Source: an uncultured Gemmatimonadota bacterium
GTDB lineage: Bacteria > SM23-81 > DAOVCL01
DNA: 63,904 nucleotides
NCBI GenBank assembly: GCA_964626665.1
Contig: CAZVGK010000019.1
Location: 1 to 63,904, forward strand
Reading direction: 5' to 3'
The notes under the pieces were generated by a model. It worked only from the letters and a program-made list of their open reading frames with translations, was not told the origin of the DNA and did no database searches. The position numbers and the translations under genes are program-made. Positions within the stretch are counted from its first letter, which is position 1, and every line of letters starts with the position of its first letter. Of the stretch, positions 21,053 through 31,640 are shown in pieces.

Positions 21053-21088
21053 GCCTTTTTTCATTGGGGTTATCTAAAAATTTTTTAA

Positions 21089-21323
21089 GGTGGATAAGTT
21101 GTGAATAAAATCTAAGCCAAAGGAAACCCCAAATTATAAACCATTTTACTCCACACTTCGTGACTCCTCCGCCTGTGGATAAATAAAAATCCTCCTCGGT
21201 TATGCCTTTTTTATTAACAATTTATAGTTATCCACATCTGTGAATAACGGTTTACTCATTTTTCCCCTTGACTTCTCAATTAGCCATTGATATTATGGGA
21301 AGGTCAAACCGGAGTGTGGATAA
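21089..21323. other. oriC part 1: DnaA-box cluster upstream of dnaA
   Basis: TGTGAATAA 21100, TGTGGATAA 21174, TTATCCACA 21228, TGTGAATAA 21239, TGTGGATAA 21315, near-match GGTGGATAA 21089. Confidence 0.85.
21268..21296 (+). promoter_or_regulatory. dnaA sigma70 promoter
   Basis: TTGACT-17bp-TATTAT, followed by a DnaA box at 21315 (autoregulation layout). Confidence 0.65.
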
Positions 21324-21341
21324 CTATCCAGGGGGGAAATT

Positions 21342-22676
21342 ATGGAAGGCTCTCAGATCTGGCCTCAATGCCTCGGGTTTATCAGCCAAAAAGTTACCGA
21401 AAGAAGCTTTCAGACCTGGTTTAAGCCCACTCAATGCTTGGCTTTTGGAGATGACGGTATAACCATTGGAGTTCCTAGCCATTTTTTCGCTGAGTGGTTG
21501 GAACAACATTACCTTCCCCTCATCCAAGAATCGATAGCCGCTGTGGCCAAGATAACCCCCTCCGTCTCCTTCTCCATTAACTCCCAAGGGCATACCCCGA
21601 CCCTGAAATCATCAAAAAAAGCGGTAATCTTCCACCACCAACCAAGGGGGGAATCCGACCTTAACCCTCGTTATACATTCAATACCTTCGTTGTAGGGGA
21701 ATCCAATCAATTTGCCCATGCGGCCTCTTTGGCCGTGGCTGAGGCGCCTGGAAAGACAAAATTCAATCCCCTTTATATATATGGGGGGGTGGGGTTAGGC
21801 AAAACCCACCTCATCCAGGCCATTGGTCATTTCATTGGAGTCAACAGGCCTAAGGCTAAGGTGGAATATGTAACCTCGGAAAGGTTCACTATGGACTTTA
21901 TCTCCTCTATTGCCAATAAAGCCACTTCTCAGTTCAGCAAAAAATATAGGAATCTGGCTGTGCTTCTTGTCGATGATATCCAGTTTTTCGGAGGAAAAGA
22001 GAGAACCCAAAGCGAGTTTTTCCATACATTTAACACCCTCTATCAAAGGGAGAAACAGATCGTCCTCACCTCAGACCGCCCCCCCCATGAGATAAGCGGA
22101 CTTGAGGATAGGTTACTCTCCCGTTTCTCGGGGGGGTTAGTTACGGACATTCAGCCCCCGGATCTGGAGACCAGAATTGCCATTTTAAAGAAAAGGGCAG
22201 AAGCGGATGGGATAGAGATCTCCGATGAGATAATCTACTTTATCGCCAATCACATAACCACTAATATTAGGGAATTACAGGGTTCCCTGATCAGGCTTTT
22301 GGCCTATTCCTCTATAACTGGAAAGGATATCTCCTTGGGATTAGTGCAAAATATCCTCCGGGATACCATTAATCACAGCCATAAAAGGGTCGTTAGTATT
22401 GACCATATTCAAGCTCAAGTGGCAGAGGAGTTTCATATCCCCGAGGAATCGCTTGTGGCCAAGAAGAGAACAAAGGAGATAGCCTTCCCTCGTCAGGTAG
22501 CTATGTATCTCTGTCGCCAACTCACCCCTCACTCCCTAAAGACAATTGGCCTTAAATTTGGGGGAAGGGATCACAGCACAGTAATTCATGCCTGCAAGCT
22601 CGTTGAGGAATTGATGAAAAAAGACGAGGAGTTTCGCGATAGGCTCAATGGGCTAATTAGCAGGATCGGTGTATAA
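21342..22676 (+). CDS. dnaA: Chromosomal replication initiator DnaA
   Basis: YTFNTFVVG, NPLYIYGGVGLGKTHL, DDIQF, RQVAMYL, GGRDHSTVIHA. Confidence 0.98.
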   Translation: MEGSQIWPQCLGFISQKVTERSFQTWFKPTQCLAFGDDGITIGVPSHFFAEWLEQHYLPLIQESIAAVAKITPSVSFSINSQGHTPTLKSSKKAVIFHHQPRGESDLNPRYTFNTFVVGESNQFAHAASLAVAEAPGKTKFNPLYIYGGVGLGKTHLIQAIGHFIGVNRPKAKVEYVTSERFTMDFISSIANKATSQFSKKYRNLAVLLVDDIQFFGGKERTQSEFFHTFNTLYQREKQIVLTSDRPPHEISGLEDRLLSRFSGGLVTDIQPPDLETRIAILKKRAEADGIEISDEIIYFIANHITTNIRELQGSLIRLLAYSSITGKDISLGLVQNILRDTINHSHKRVVSIDHIQAQVAEEFHIPEESLVAKKRTKEIAFPRQVAMYLCRQLTPHSLKTIGLKFGGRDHSTVIHACKLVEELMKKDEEFRDRLNGLISRIGV

Positions 22677-22990
22677 CCAGTGGAAAACCCTGTGACCTTG
22701 TTGTGGACAATTTAAAATCCATATCTATCCACCAACTCTTAAGAGTTTATTACCAAATTTATCCACTAGTTATGCTCTTAATTTTTAAGGGGGTTAAGAA
22801 TAAAGCATCCATTTATCCACATTCCTACTTACTATTTTTATTAATAAGAATTTTAGTTATAGTTTATTTTCAATAGCCAAATAAAAGTTCAAAAATGGTA
22901 TGATCACAATTTTTAGACTGGGCGAACAATTATTTTATGAAAACCTTAGATTAGGACCTATAATTACTAATTAAATTCCAATAAACCGAA
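22677..22990. other. oriC: oriC part 2: DnaA boxes, DnaA-trio-like tract and AT-rich unwinding region
   Basis: TGTGGACAA 22702, TTATCCACT 22759, TTATCCACA 22813, then CCTACTTACTATTTTTATTAATAAG. Gene orientation and G/C bias switch here. Confidence 0.8.
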
Positions 22991-23056
22991 AATTCCGACA
23001 GATAAATCCCGTTATCCTATCAGAAAATGTTGCTCTAGGCAGCTAAGTTTATTTGA

Positions 23057-24337
<1,281 letters not shown>

Positions 24338-24340
24338 GCG

Positions 24341-25141
24341 ATGAAAGTCGGTTTTGTTCAGCTAGAACCGAAGTTTGGGGATGTAGAAGGGAATATAGCC
24401 AGGGCATTAACCCTTATGGAGGGCAAGGAGGCCGCGTTATTTGTCCTGCCGGAGCTTTTTAACACCGGTTATCTCTTTACCTCGAGGAAGGAGCTGGAGG
24501 AACTGGCCGAAGAGGTCCCTGAGGGGAGGACATCCCAGGCTTTGATTAGGTTCTGTCAAACAAAGGGAACTTGGGTGGTTGCCGGTTTGGCGGAGAGATC
24601 TGAAGGGAAACTATTCAATTCCGCTATTTTAATTGGCCCCTCTGGCCTGGTGGGGACCTACAGGAAAGTTCACCTCTTTGACCAAGAGAAGAGCTGGTTT
24701 TCCCCTGGGGAAGCTGGTTTTTCCGTCTATGAGGTTAAGGGGATAAAGCTTGGGCTGATGATCTGCTTTGACTGGATATTCCCGGAAGCAGCCAGGGTTT
24801 TGGCCCTTAAGGGGGCGGAGATAATCTGCCATCCAGCCAACCTTGTTCTCCCCTGGTGTCAGAAGGCTATGGTTACCAGATCGATAGAAAACAGGGTTTT
24901 TATCGTTACCGCAAATCGCACTGGATGGGAGAGGAGGAAAGGGAAGGAGCTGAAATTCACCGGGGGAAGTCAAATAACTGGCCCTGGGGGTGAACTTCTC
25001 CTCCAAGCCCCTTTGGCAGGGGAAAAGGTGGGAATAGCCGATATTGATCCCTCAATGGCCAGGGATAAGGCCATAACCAAGGAAAACGATCTCTTCTCCG
25101 ATAGGAGGCCAAAGCTATATCAGCAACTGGTAAGCGGATGA
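24341..25141 (+). CDS. Carbon-nitrogen hydrolase (nitrilase family)
   Basis: Catalytic E-K-C: LPELF, YRKVHLF, ICFDWIFPE. Confidence 0.92.
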   Translation: MKVGFVQLEPKFGDVEGNIARALTLMEGKEAALFVLPELFNTGYLFTSRKELEELAEEVPEGRTSQALIRFCQTKGTWVVAGLAERSEGKLFNSAILIGPSGLVGTYRKVHLFDQEKSWFSPGEAGFSVYEVKGIKLGLMICFDWIFPEAARVLALKGAEIICHPANLVLPWCQKAMVTRSIENRVFIVTANRTGWERRKGKELKFTGGSQITGPGGELLLQAPLAGEKVGIADIDPSMARDKAITKENDLFSDRRPKLYQQLVSG

Positions 25142-25896
25142 GAGGGATAAGGGTGAGCATATTCGTCTTTCTCCCTTTTCTTTTCCTATTCTTGCCATCC
25201 TTTGGGGAAAAGATCCCGCAATCCAAAGGCTATGTGAACGATTCTGCTGGGGTGATAAGTGGTGAGTATAGCTCCCGGATCGAATATTTGGCCCAGCAGT
25301 TAAAGGAGAAGACGGGAGCGGAGATAGCGGTGGTTACGGTAGGTTCATTGGGAGATTTGAGCCCTGAGGAGTTCACCAATGAGCTTTTTCAAAAGTGGGG
25401 AATTGGCCAGAAGGGAAAGGACAACGGAGTTCTCATCTTCCTTGCTGTTGGTAACAAGAAAGTAAGGATAGAACCAGGCTATGGGTTAGAGGGACCCCTT
25501 CCTGACGGATTCTGTGGGGAGATCATCAGGAAGGTTGTGCTTCCCCATTTTAGGAAAGGGGGTTATGGAAAGGGGCTTTACTTAGGGGCCGCCGCCGTGG
25601 CCCAAAGGGTGGCCTCGGAATATGGGGTGGAGTTAGCCGATCAAGGGGGGAACAAGTTACCCCCTTACTCTCCGACATCTGGGCCTCGCTGTGGGAGCCT
25701 CCTCTCAGCTCTTCTTTTCTTTTTCTTCTTTGTTTTCCTCTTGAGAGGGAGATTTCTCTTTCCTTTGCTTTTGGGGATGGGGATGGGAAGGGGGTTCTGG
25801 AGTGGGGGGAGCTTTGGAGGGGGGGGATTTGGAGGCGGATTTAGTGGATTTGGTGGTGGGTCTAGTGGCGGCGGAGGGGCCACCGGAGGTTGGTAG
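25138..25896 (+). CDS. TPM domain (YgcG-like) membrane protein
   Basis: YVND.A, WGIGQKGKDNGVL, RIEPGYGLEG; Gly-rich tail ending GGGGATGGW. Confidence 0.92.
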   Translation: MRGIRVSIFVFLPFLFLFLPSFGEKIPQSKGYVNDSAGVISGEYSSRIEYLAQQLKEKTGAEIAVVTVGSLGDLSPEEFTNELFQKWGIGQKGKDNGVLIFLAVGNKKVRIEPGYGLEGPLPDGFCGEIIRKVVLPHFRKGGYGKGLYLGAAAVAQRVASEYGVELADQGGNKLPPYSPTSGPRCGSLLSALLFFFFFVFLLRGRFLFPLLLGMGMGRGFWSGGSFGGGGFGGGFSGFGGGSSGGGGATGGW

Positions 25897-27198
25897 GCCC
25901 AGAAGCCTTCTCATCTTCAGCTTAAGCTCTAGCCAGGAGAGGAATTTGGTCTCCTTTACCCTTCTGGTCAAAAGGTAGAAACCGGTTCCCCCAATGATCA
26001 GGTTAGGGGCCCACATAGCCCAGAATGGAGGGATGAGGTTGCGGTCGGCCAGTTCCTCTCCACCAATAAGAAAGGCCCAATAGAGGAGGAAGAAACCTAG
26101 GCTGAGGCCGATGCCCACCCCAATTCCTCCCTTGTGGGCCATAACCCCCAAGGGGGCACCAATTAAGATGAAGACTAAACAGGCAAAAGGGATGGAGAAT
26201 TTCTTGTAAGCCTCAACCATATAGCTATCCTTCCTCTTGCGGGCATAATTTATCAGCCTCTCCTTTCCCTGAATAAGGGAGAGGGTCTGGGGATCTTGCT
26301 TCAGGAGCTCCTCTTTTAATCCCTTGTGGGGGGAAAGTCCCTTCTTTTCTAATATGTTATGGATAGCTTCCCTTTCCCTGGCCATCTTTCCCTCCTCCAC
26401 CTTGGCCCTGCGCAGGAGTTCTCCAATGCCGATCTCCCTGTCCCCTCTGTATTCTTGGTTAACCCTTCCCACTTCTCCTCCCGCCCCTTTTAGGGTTAGG
26501 GTATACTTCTTGAAGGTCAACCTTCTATATTTGCTGGGATCATCTTGATTAACCTCATGAATTTCCCCATTGTATAGGTCTATGGTCAGGGAATTTCCCT
26601 GGGGGAAGAAAGAGAGGTTTCCCTTCTGGGCCAAGATTGTGCGGGGTGAGCTCCTACCCTTCTCCTCATAGATGGTGATCCCCTCGATTTGAGAGCTTTT
26701 CCGATGCACCTTCCTCACCAAGATGCTATAGCCAGGGTAATCGTTAATGAAGATCCCCTCCTTTATCCCTAAGGTTGGTCTCCTCCTCCCCAACTCTGTC
26801 CCCAAGACCCTGGCCCGGTGGTTTGTCCAGGGGAGGGCATAATTGTTGAAGAGGGTAAGGAGAAATGCCAATCCCAGGGCGACTATAAGTGGGGCAAGAA
26901 CAGCCCGATAAAGGCTTACCCCTGATGATTTGATGGCCGTAATCTCGTTGTCTCCGGAGAGTCGGCCAAAGGCCATTAGGGTCGCTACCAGCACGGACAT
27001 GGGGATGGAAAGGGCGAAGATCCATCCTAAGTTGAAGAAGAAGATCTCTAATACAGTAAAGGCACTTACCCCTCTTCCTATGATCAGGTTGGCTATCTCT
27101 AAGGTGAAGTCTACCACTAGGATGAAGGTGATTACCGCTAAACCAAAGAGGAATGGGCCGATATGCTCTCGCAGGATATATTTGGAAAGAATTCTCAT
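25705..27198 (-). CDS. lptF: LptF/LptG-family LPS export permease
   Basis: MRILSKYILRE, GRLSGDNEITAIKSSGVS, KKFSIPFACL, AMWAPN. The tail overlaps the TPM gene antisense. Confidence 0.85.
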   Translation of the reverse strand: MRILSKYILREHIGPFLFGLAVITFILVVDFTLEIANLIIGRGVSAFTVLEIFFFNLGWIFALSIPMSVLVATLMAFGRLSGDNEITAIKSSGVSLYRAVLAPLIVALGLAFLLTLFNNYALPWTNHRARVLGTELGRRRPTLGIKEGIFINDYPGYSILVRKVHRKSSQIEGITIYEEKGRSSPRTILAQKGNLSFFPQGNSLTIDLYNGEIHEVNQDDPSKYRRLTFKKYTLTLKGAGGEVGRVNQEYRGDREIGIGELLRRAKVEEGKMAREREAIHNILEKKGLSPHKGLKEELLKQDPQTLSLIQGKERLINYARKRKDSYMVEAYKKFSIPFACLVFILIGAPLGVMAHKGGIGVGIGLSLGFFLLYWAFLIGGEELADRNLIPPFWAMWAPNLIIGGTGFYLLTRRVKETKFLSWLELKLKMRRLLGLPTSGGPSAATRPTTKSTKSASKSPPSKAPPTPEPPSHPHPQKQRKEKSPSQEENKEEKEKKS

Positions 27199-27357
27199 AA
27201 CCCCCTATATTTCCATCTTTAGATGGGGTGAACAGGATAAACAACCTCCCTCATTAAACCCCGAAACGGTGAAACAATGAGAATTTTAGGGAAGAATGTG
27301 CATTCGGCAGTTCTGGTGTCGTGCGGGGTTTTCTCGAGGAAATGAGGATAGAGATCC

Positions 27358-27400
27358 TGTTCTACAATTTTGCAAGATCTTGTTTTTTGGACAAACCTTT
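27358..27400. repeat. Dispersed repeat family A, copy 1 (others at 36901, 39585)
   Basis: 31-bp TGTTCTACAATTTTGCAAGATCTTGTTTTTT identical at 27358 and 36901; variant at 39585. Confidence 0.8.
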
Positions 27401-27422
27401 TCAGATTGCATTGAAAGAATAG

Positions 27423-27529
27423 TTCTACCGCACTTTAGTGCGGGTTACGAGCCTTTAGGCCCTTATATGGAGTGCGTCAACCCTGTTGACGCACGCTGTG
27501 ACACGGTCACAGCACTCCAAATGGGCTAA
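27423..27529. repeat. Palindromic repeats C and D
   Basis: TTCTACCGCACTTTAGTRCGGGTT recurs at 41498. GCTGTGAC-n-GTCACAGCACTCCAAA..GGGCTAA recurs at 29927-29963. Confidence 0.7.
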
Positions 27530-27563
27530 AGCCACATCAACCCAGGCTATCCGTCCCGAGCCG

Positions 27564-27677
27564 GAGATTGCTTCGTCGTCCCGAAAGCATTCGAGACTCC
27601 TCGCAACGACGCATCCATTTGCCCGTCATTGCGAGGCTTGCCTCAAGCGGCAGCGAAGTGGCTAGCCGAAGCAATCT
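27564..27677. repeat. Palindromic element GAGATTGCTTCG...CCTCGCAACGAC / GTCATTGCGAGG...CGAAGCAATCT
   Basis: Nested inverted repeats; resembles the REP-like family commonly found beside small GIY-YIG nuclease genes. Confidence 0.7.
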
Positions 27678-27967
27678 TTAACCCCTGCCGCGCTTCTGTG
27701 TCGGCCTTAAGTCAATGCCAAATGACGAAAAGGCCTAAACCCTGACGACCCCTCGAGTAACGATACACGATGGTTTCTTGGTTGCGGCTCTACCGCGCGG
27801 TGAATCCTGTTATCTCCTCGAAACAGTTCCGCCCCTGACGGCTAAGTTCAAAATAGGGTTGAGAAGAAAGGTTGTCAAGGCCCAATGTTAAGATGAAAAA
27901 GGGTGGTGCGAGGGGTAACGGCCGTTCCCTTGGTCGGTTCCAGTTTGCCGGTTTATAATAGTAACCC

Positions 27968-28097
27968 GAATTGTTCACAAACTGATAACGAATTAGCATA
28001 TCTTTTTCAAATTTAAGGCCTTATGTATCTACTTTGTAGGGACAGACATTTATGTCTGTCCGCTCTCCTCGGACTCCGCTAGATCGGAGTCCTTACA
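27968..28097. repeat. Composite REP-containing element, copy 1 (homologue at 42742-42870)
   Basis: AAACTG..AACGAATTAGC..TTTTTCAA..TTATGTAT..TGTAGGGRCAGACATTTATGTCTGTCCGC..TCGGACTCCG..TCGGAGT is shared between both loci. Confidence 0.75.
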
Positions 28098-28363
28098 ATG
28101 AAAAACTATGGCCCTGCAAAGAGGTTCATATGATTTTGTGAATAATCCGGGAGTAAAGGGATCCTCATTTTTAGACAGGATTGACGGGATGATCAGGGAA
28201 AATAAAGGCGGGAAATCTGAAGTAAGAAGAAATCCAAGGAGGGGCCTTTCACCTGAGGGATATCCCGATAGGCCGACCTTAGGTTTTTTTCGGTGTCATT
28301 CAGCGTTTTCCTGGAGGAATTGGGACAAAAATCCTGTATCCTGTCAGAAAGTCTCTGCTTGAC

Positions 28364-29293
28364 TTAATCGGCGATATTTTCCGGGAAAAAGTAGTTTCGG
28401 GGGTTTACCGGTGAGCCGTTTACCCTCACCTCATAGTGAAGGTGGGGACCGGTGGACCTTCCTGTGTTGCCTATCCGGCCGATGAGCTGCCCTCTCTTCA
28501 CCTCTTCCCCCAAGCTGGCCTCTACCTTAGAGAGATGGGCATAGTAGGTCTGAAATCCCTTGCGGTGGTCAACTTCGATGTAGGTGCCAAATCCATTCTT
28601 GTCCCAACCTATGTTTGCCACCCGGCCATCGGCTGTTGCCCAGACAGGGGTCCCCACCCTAGCAGCAAAGTCTATCCCATAGTGAGGTCTTAATTGGCCG
28701 GTGAAGGGGTCGATGTGCATACCGAATCCCCTAGTAACATAGCCAACGGTAGGTTTAGTTGATGGGGTATGGGAGAGCAGGTATCTTTTATTTTCTAAGC
28801 TTTTCCAGATATCCGCTAAACTCTCCTTCTCCAACTTGGCCTGGCGGAGGAGCTTTTCCAAGCTAAGGTTGATGTTCCCTGTTTGCTGGGCAGCTTCCTC
28901 ATCATAGAAGAAGAGCGGATCTGGCGGTCCTCCTTCTTCTCCCCCTACTCCCACCTCCCTTACTTGGGGGCTAATATCTGGTAAATCGGCCACTATCCTT
29001 AGTGACTTCTCCCTCTGGATGAACTGGGCCATCTGGAGGTCCAGCTCCTGAAAACGCCCCTGGAATTGGGTGAGTCTTGTCCGCAGGATCTCATTCTCCT
29101 CAGAAAGCCTCTTTAGCTTCATATCCTGATAGGTGCGGGAGAGATAGGATTGGGCCAGGAATATCCACCCCCCGAGGAAAAGGAAGAGAAATGTTAAAAG
29201 GAGAAAGAGGGAGATTGGGGAAAAGGACTTCTCCCACACAGATCTTTCTTCCTTATGGGGGATAACCACTAATGTGATGGGGTTCAATTTCAT
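28364..29293 (-). CDS. M23 family peptidoglycan endopeptidase
   Basis: TM plus coiled coil; intact HYGID and STGPHLHYEV zinc motifs. Confidence 0.92.
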   Translation of the reverse strand: MKLNPITLVVIPHKEERSVWEKSFSPISLFLLLTFLFLFLGGWIFLAQSYLSRTYQDMKLKRLSEENEILRTRLTQFQGRFQELDLQMAQFIQREKSLRIVADLPDISPQVREVGVGGEEGGPPDPLFFYDEEAAQQTGNINLSLEKLLRQAKLEKESLADIWKSLENKRYLLSHTPSTKPTVGYVTRGFGMHIDPFTGQLRPHYGIDFAARVGTPVWATADGRVANIGWDKNGFGTYIEVDHRKGFQTYYAHLSKVEASLGEEVKRGQLIGRIGNTGRSTGPHLHYEVRVNGSPVNPRNYFFPENIAD

Positions 29294-29415
29294 CTATAGT
29301 CCTTTTATCTGAAAGTGGGGGCAAGACCCCCACCTATTTTGTATTATCGGTGGCTGGCCGCAAAACTTGAGCAAAATTTAAGGTCTGGGCTTATGAAGCC
29401 AGCCAATTGGGGGCT

Positions 29416-29444
29416 ATTATAGCCTCTTGAATTAAGGCTGTCAA
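29416..29444 (-). promoter_or_regulatory. Consensus sigma70 promoter for the M23 gene
   Basis: TTGACA-17bp-TATAAT on the minus strand. Confidence 0.8.
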
Positions 29445-29514
29445 GAAAAATTTTCACAGGATTTGGCTGCCTTCCCAAAGTTGGTTTTTCAGCCCTCATC
29501 TTCAGAGAATTATA

Positions 29515-29543
29515 TTGACAGAGGGTATTTTGTTTGTTAAATT
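29515..29543 (+). promoter_or_regulatory. Divergent sigma70 promoter
   Basis: TTGACA-17bp-TAAATT, with no ORF immediately downstream. Confidence 0.6.
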
Positions 29544-29557
29544 TTTGGTTCAATTTA

Positions 29558-29737
29558 GGAAGCTAACCCGGATTAAGCATCAAGGAACCACGAGATCTCC
29601 CAATATCCTGGCCAGATGTGCAAGATAAAGAGGCCACAAGAATTGAGTTTAAGCCCCTCGTTCACCTGAAAGGCGAAAGCCCATTTTCTTAAAGGTTTTT
29701 GCATAAACTGCACTACAAACTTGCCGGGTCTTGTTCC
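29558..29737 (+). ncRNA. Candidate structured ncRNA, possibly 6S RNA
   Basis: 180-nt ORF-free unit after a promoter. Ends pair (GGAA..ACCCGG / CCGGGT..TTCC). GTTCACCTGAA resembles the 6S 3' bubble. Confidence 0.4.
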
Positions 29738-29833
29738 TTTGACAAAGTTTATCAGGAAGGCTTGAGTAGAGGGCTTCTACCCGGATTATTTATAAGGGCC
29801 TGCTTGGTTGTATCGAATGACCAATGGTTGAGC

Positions 29834-29923
29834 GGTCAGATCCCCTGATCTGACCGGGGCAGAACAGGGCTTCTGCCACCTCACTAGAACTTTGCGAGCG
29901 TAGCGAGCCAAGTTCTAGTGAGG
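29834..29923. repeat. Double-hairpin repeat family E plus a further hairpin
   Basis: 29834-29880 matches the reverse complement of 45885-45931 at 44/47; partial copy near 41403. CCTCACTAGAACTT..AAGTTCTAGTGAGG hairpin follows. Confidence 0.75.
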
Positions 29924-30139
29924 CATGCTGTGACAGGAGTCACAGCACTCCAAAAGGGGCTAATGTCCGGGAAAGATTACCCTAGCTAAAGCTGGGTAGA
30001 AGTGTATAATGCGGGGATAACGAGCCACAAGTTCCAATACCCAATGCTTTTTTGGGTGCAGCTGCGCCACGCGGCGGTGCAAATCTGGGTTTATAGGCGG
30101 TTTAAAAATATTTTGGGCTTAAACCATAAAGGAGGAGAG

Positions 30140-31639
30140 ATGGCTAAGAGATTCCAAAACTTTATAGATGGAAAATGGTGTGAGGCCAAGGGCGGCCAGA
30201 CCTTTGAGAACAGGAATCCGGCTAACTGGAGTGAGGTGGTCGGGACCTTTCCCAAGTCTGGTAAGAAGGATGTGGATGAGGCGGTGAAAGCGGCCCGTAA
30301 GGGGTTTAAGGAATGGAGGAAGGTTCCTGTTCCTCAGAGAGGTCAGATTATGAATAAGGTGGGAGACCTTATGGTCAAATACAAGGAGGATATTGCCCGC
30401 GGGATGACCAGGGAGATGGGGAAGGTCCTTATGGAGACCAGGGGAGATGTACAGGAGGGGATAGATACGGCCTATTATGCAGCCGGTGAGGGAAGGCGGC
30501 TCTTCGGGCAGACAGCTCCCTCTGAGCTCCCCGACAAGTTCTGTGTTTCCATCCGTCAGCCCATTGGGGTGGCCGGGGTGATCACCCCCTGGAATTTCCC
30601 TATGGCCATTCCCACCTGGAAGATATTCCCCGCCCTTTTATCTGGCAATGCGGTGGTCTTTAAACCCGCTTCCGATGTTCCCCTCACAGGCACCAGGTTG
30701 GTGGAGATACTCCTCGAGGCGGGGGTCCCCCCCCTAGCCATAAATTTGGTCCATGGGACCGGATCTACGGTGGGAGTTCCCTTGGTTGAACATCCTGGGG
30801 TTGATGTTGTCTCCTTTACTGGTTCTTCGGTGGTGGGGAGGCAGATTGGCTCCATCTGTGGTCAAGGGTTAAAGAGGATTTCCTTAGAGCTGGGGGGGAA
30901 GAATGCCCAGATCGTGATGGATGATGCCCACCTTGATCTGGCTTTGGGGGGGGCGCTCTGGGGTGCCTTTGGCACCACCGGTCAGAGGTGTACAGCTACC
31001 AGCAGGCTGATCCTCCAGGAGGGGATATATGATGAGTTTGTGGAGAGGTTGGTGGAAAAGGCCAAAAACCTTAAGTTGGGCGATGGTTTGGATGATTCCA
31101 CGGATGTGGGGCCGGTGGTGAACGAAAAACAGCAGGAGAATATCCACAGCTATGTGGAGATTGGTCAGAAGGAGGGGGCAAAGCTCCTCTGTGGTGGGGA
31201 GCCAGCCAACGAGGGGAAGCTCTCCCGGGGTTTTTTCTATAAGCCGACCATATTTGTGGATGTTAACCCTCAGATGAGGATAGCTAAGGAAGAGATATTT
31301 GGGCCTGTCCTGGCTGTTTTGAAAGTGAAGACCCTGGAGGAGGCCATTGAGGTCCTTAATGCCACGGATTATGGCCTCTCCTCTTCTATCTATACCCAAG
31401 ATGTAAACCGGGCCTTTCGGGCCATAGATGATATAGAAGCGGGGATAACCTATATAAATGGCCCCACAATTGGGGCTGAGGCCCATCTTCCCTTTGGTGG
31501 GGTTAAGGACACCGGCAACGGACATCGCGAGGGAGGGTGGACCGTCTACGATGTCTTCACCGAGTGGAAGACCGTCTATATTGATTATAGCGGTAGGTTG
31601 CAGAAGGCCCAGATAGACACCGAGAAGGAAAGGAGCTGA
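30140..31639 (+). CDS. Aldehyde dehydrogenase (probable aminoadipate-semialdehyde/P6C dehydrogenase)
   Basis: ITPWNFP, FTGS, LELGGKN, GQRCTA, EEIFGP. AGGAGG RBS before the ATG at 30140. Adjacent to lat. Confidence 0.9.
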   Translation: MAKRFQNFIDGKWCEAKGGQTFENRNPANWSEVVGTFPKSGKKDVDEAVKAARKGFKEWRKVPVPQRGQIMNKVGDLMVKYKEDIARGMTREMGKVLMETRGDVQEGIDTAYYAAGEGRRLFGQTAPSELPDKFCVSIRQPIGVAGVITPWNFPMAIPTWKIFPALLSGNAVVFKPASDVPLTGTRLVEILLEAGVPPLAINLVHGTGSTVGVPLVEHPGVDVVSFTGSSVVGRQIGSICGQGLKRISLELGGKNAQIVMDDAHLDLALGGALWGAFGTTGQRCTATSRLILQEGIYDEFVERLVEKAKNLKLGDGLDDSTDVGPVVNEKQQENIHSYVEIGQKEGAKLLCGGEPANEGKLSRGFFYKPTIFVDVNPQMRIAKEEIFGPVLAVLKVKTLEEAIEVLNATDYGLSSSIYTQDVNRAFRAIDDIEAGITYINGPTIGAEAHLPFGGVKDTGNGHREGGWTVYDVFTEWKTVYIDYSGRLQKAQIDTEKERS

Positions 31640-31640
31640 T

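Noticed and set aside
29550-30139. Lysine riboswitch upstream of ALDH-lat
   Set aside because: L-box consensus elements not found; the region is explained by the RNA candidate and repeats.
30002-30139. ORF-track N-terminal extensions (also 18708-18830, 38423-38602, 60510-60557)
   Set aside because: RBS position, overlaps and family N-termini favour the downstream ATGs.
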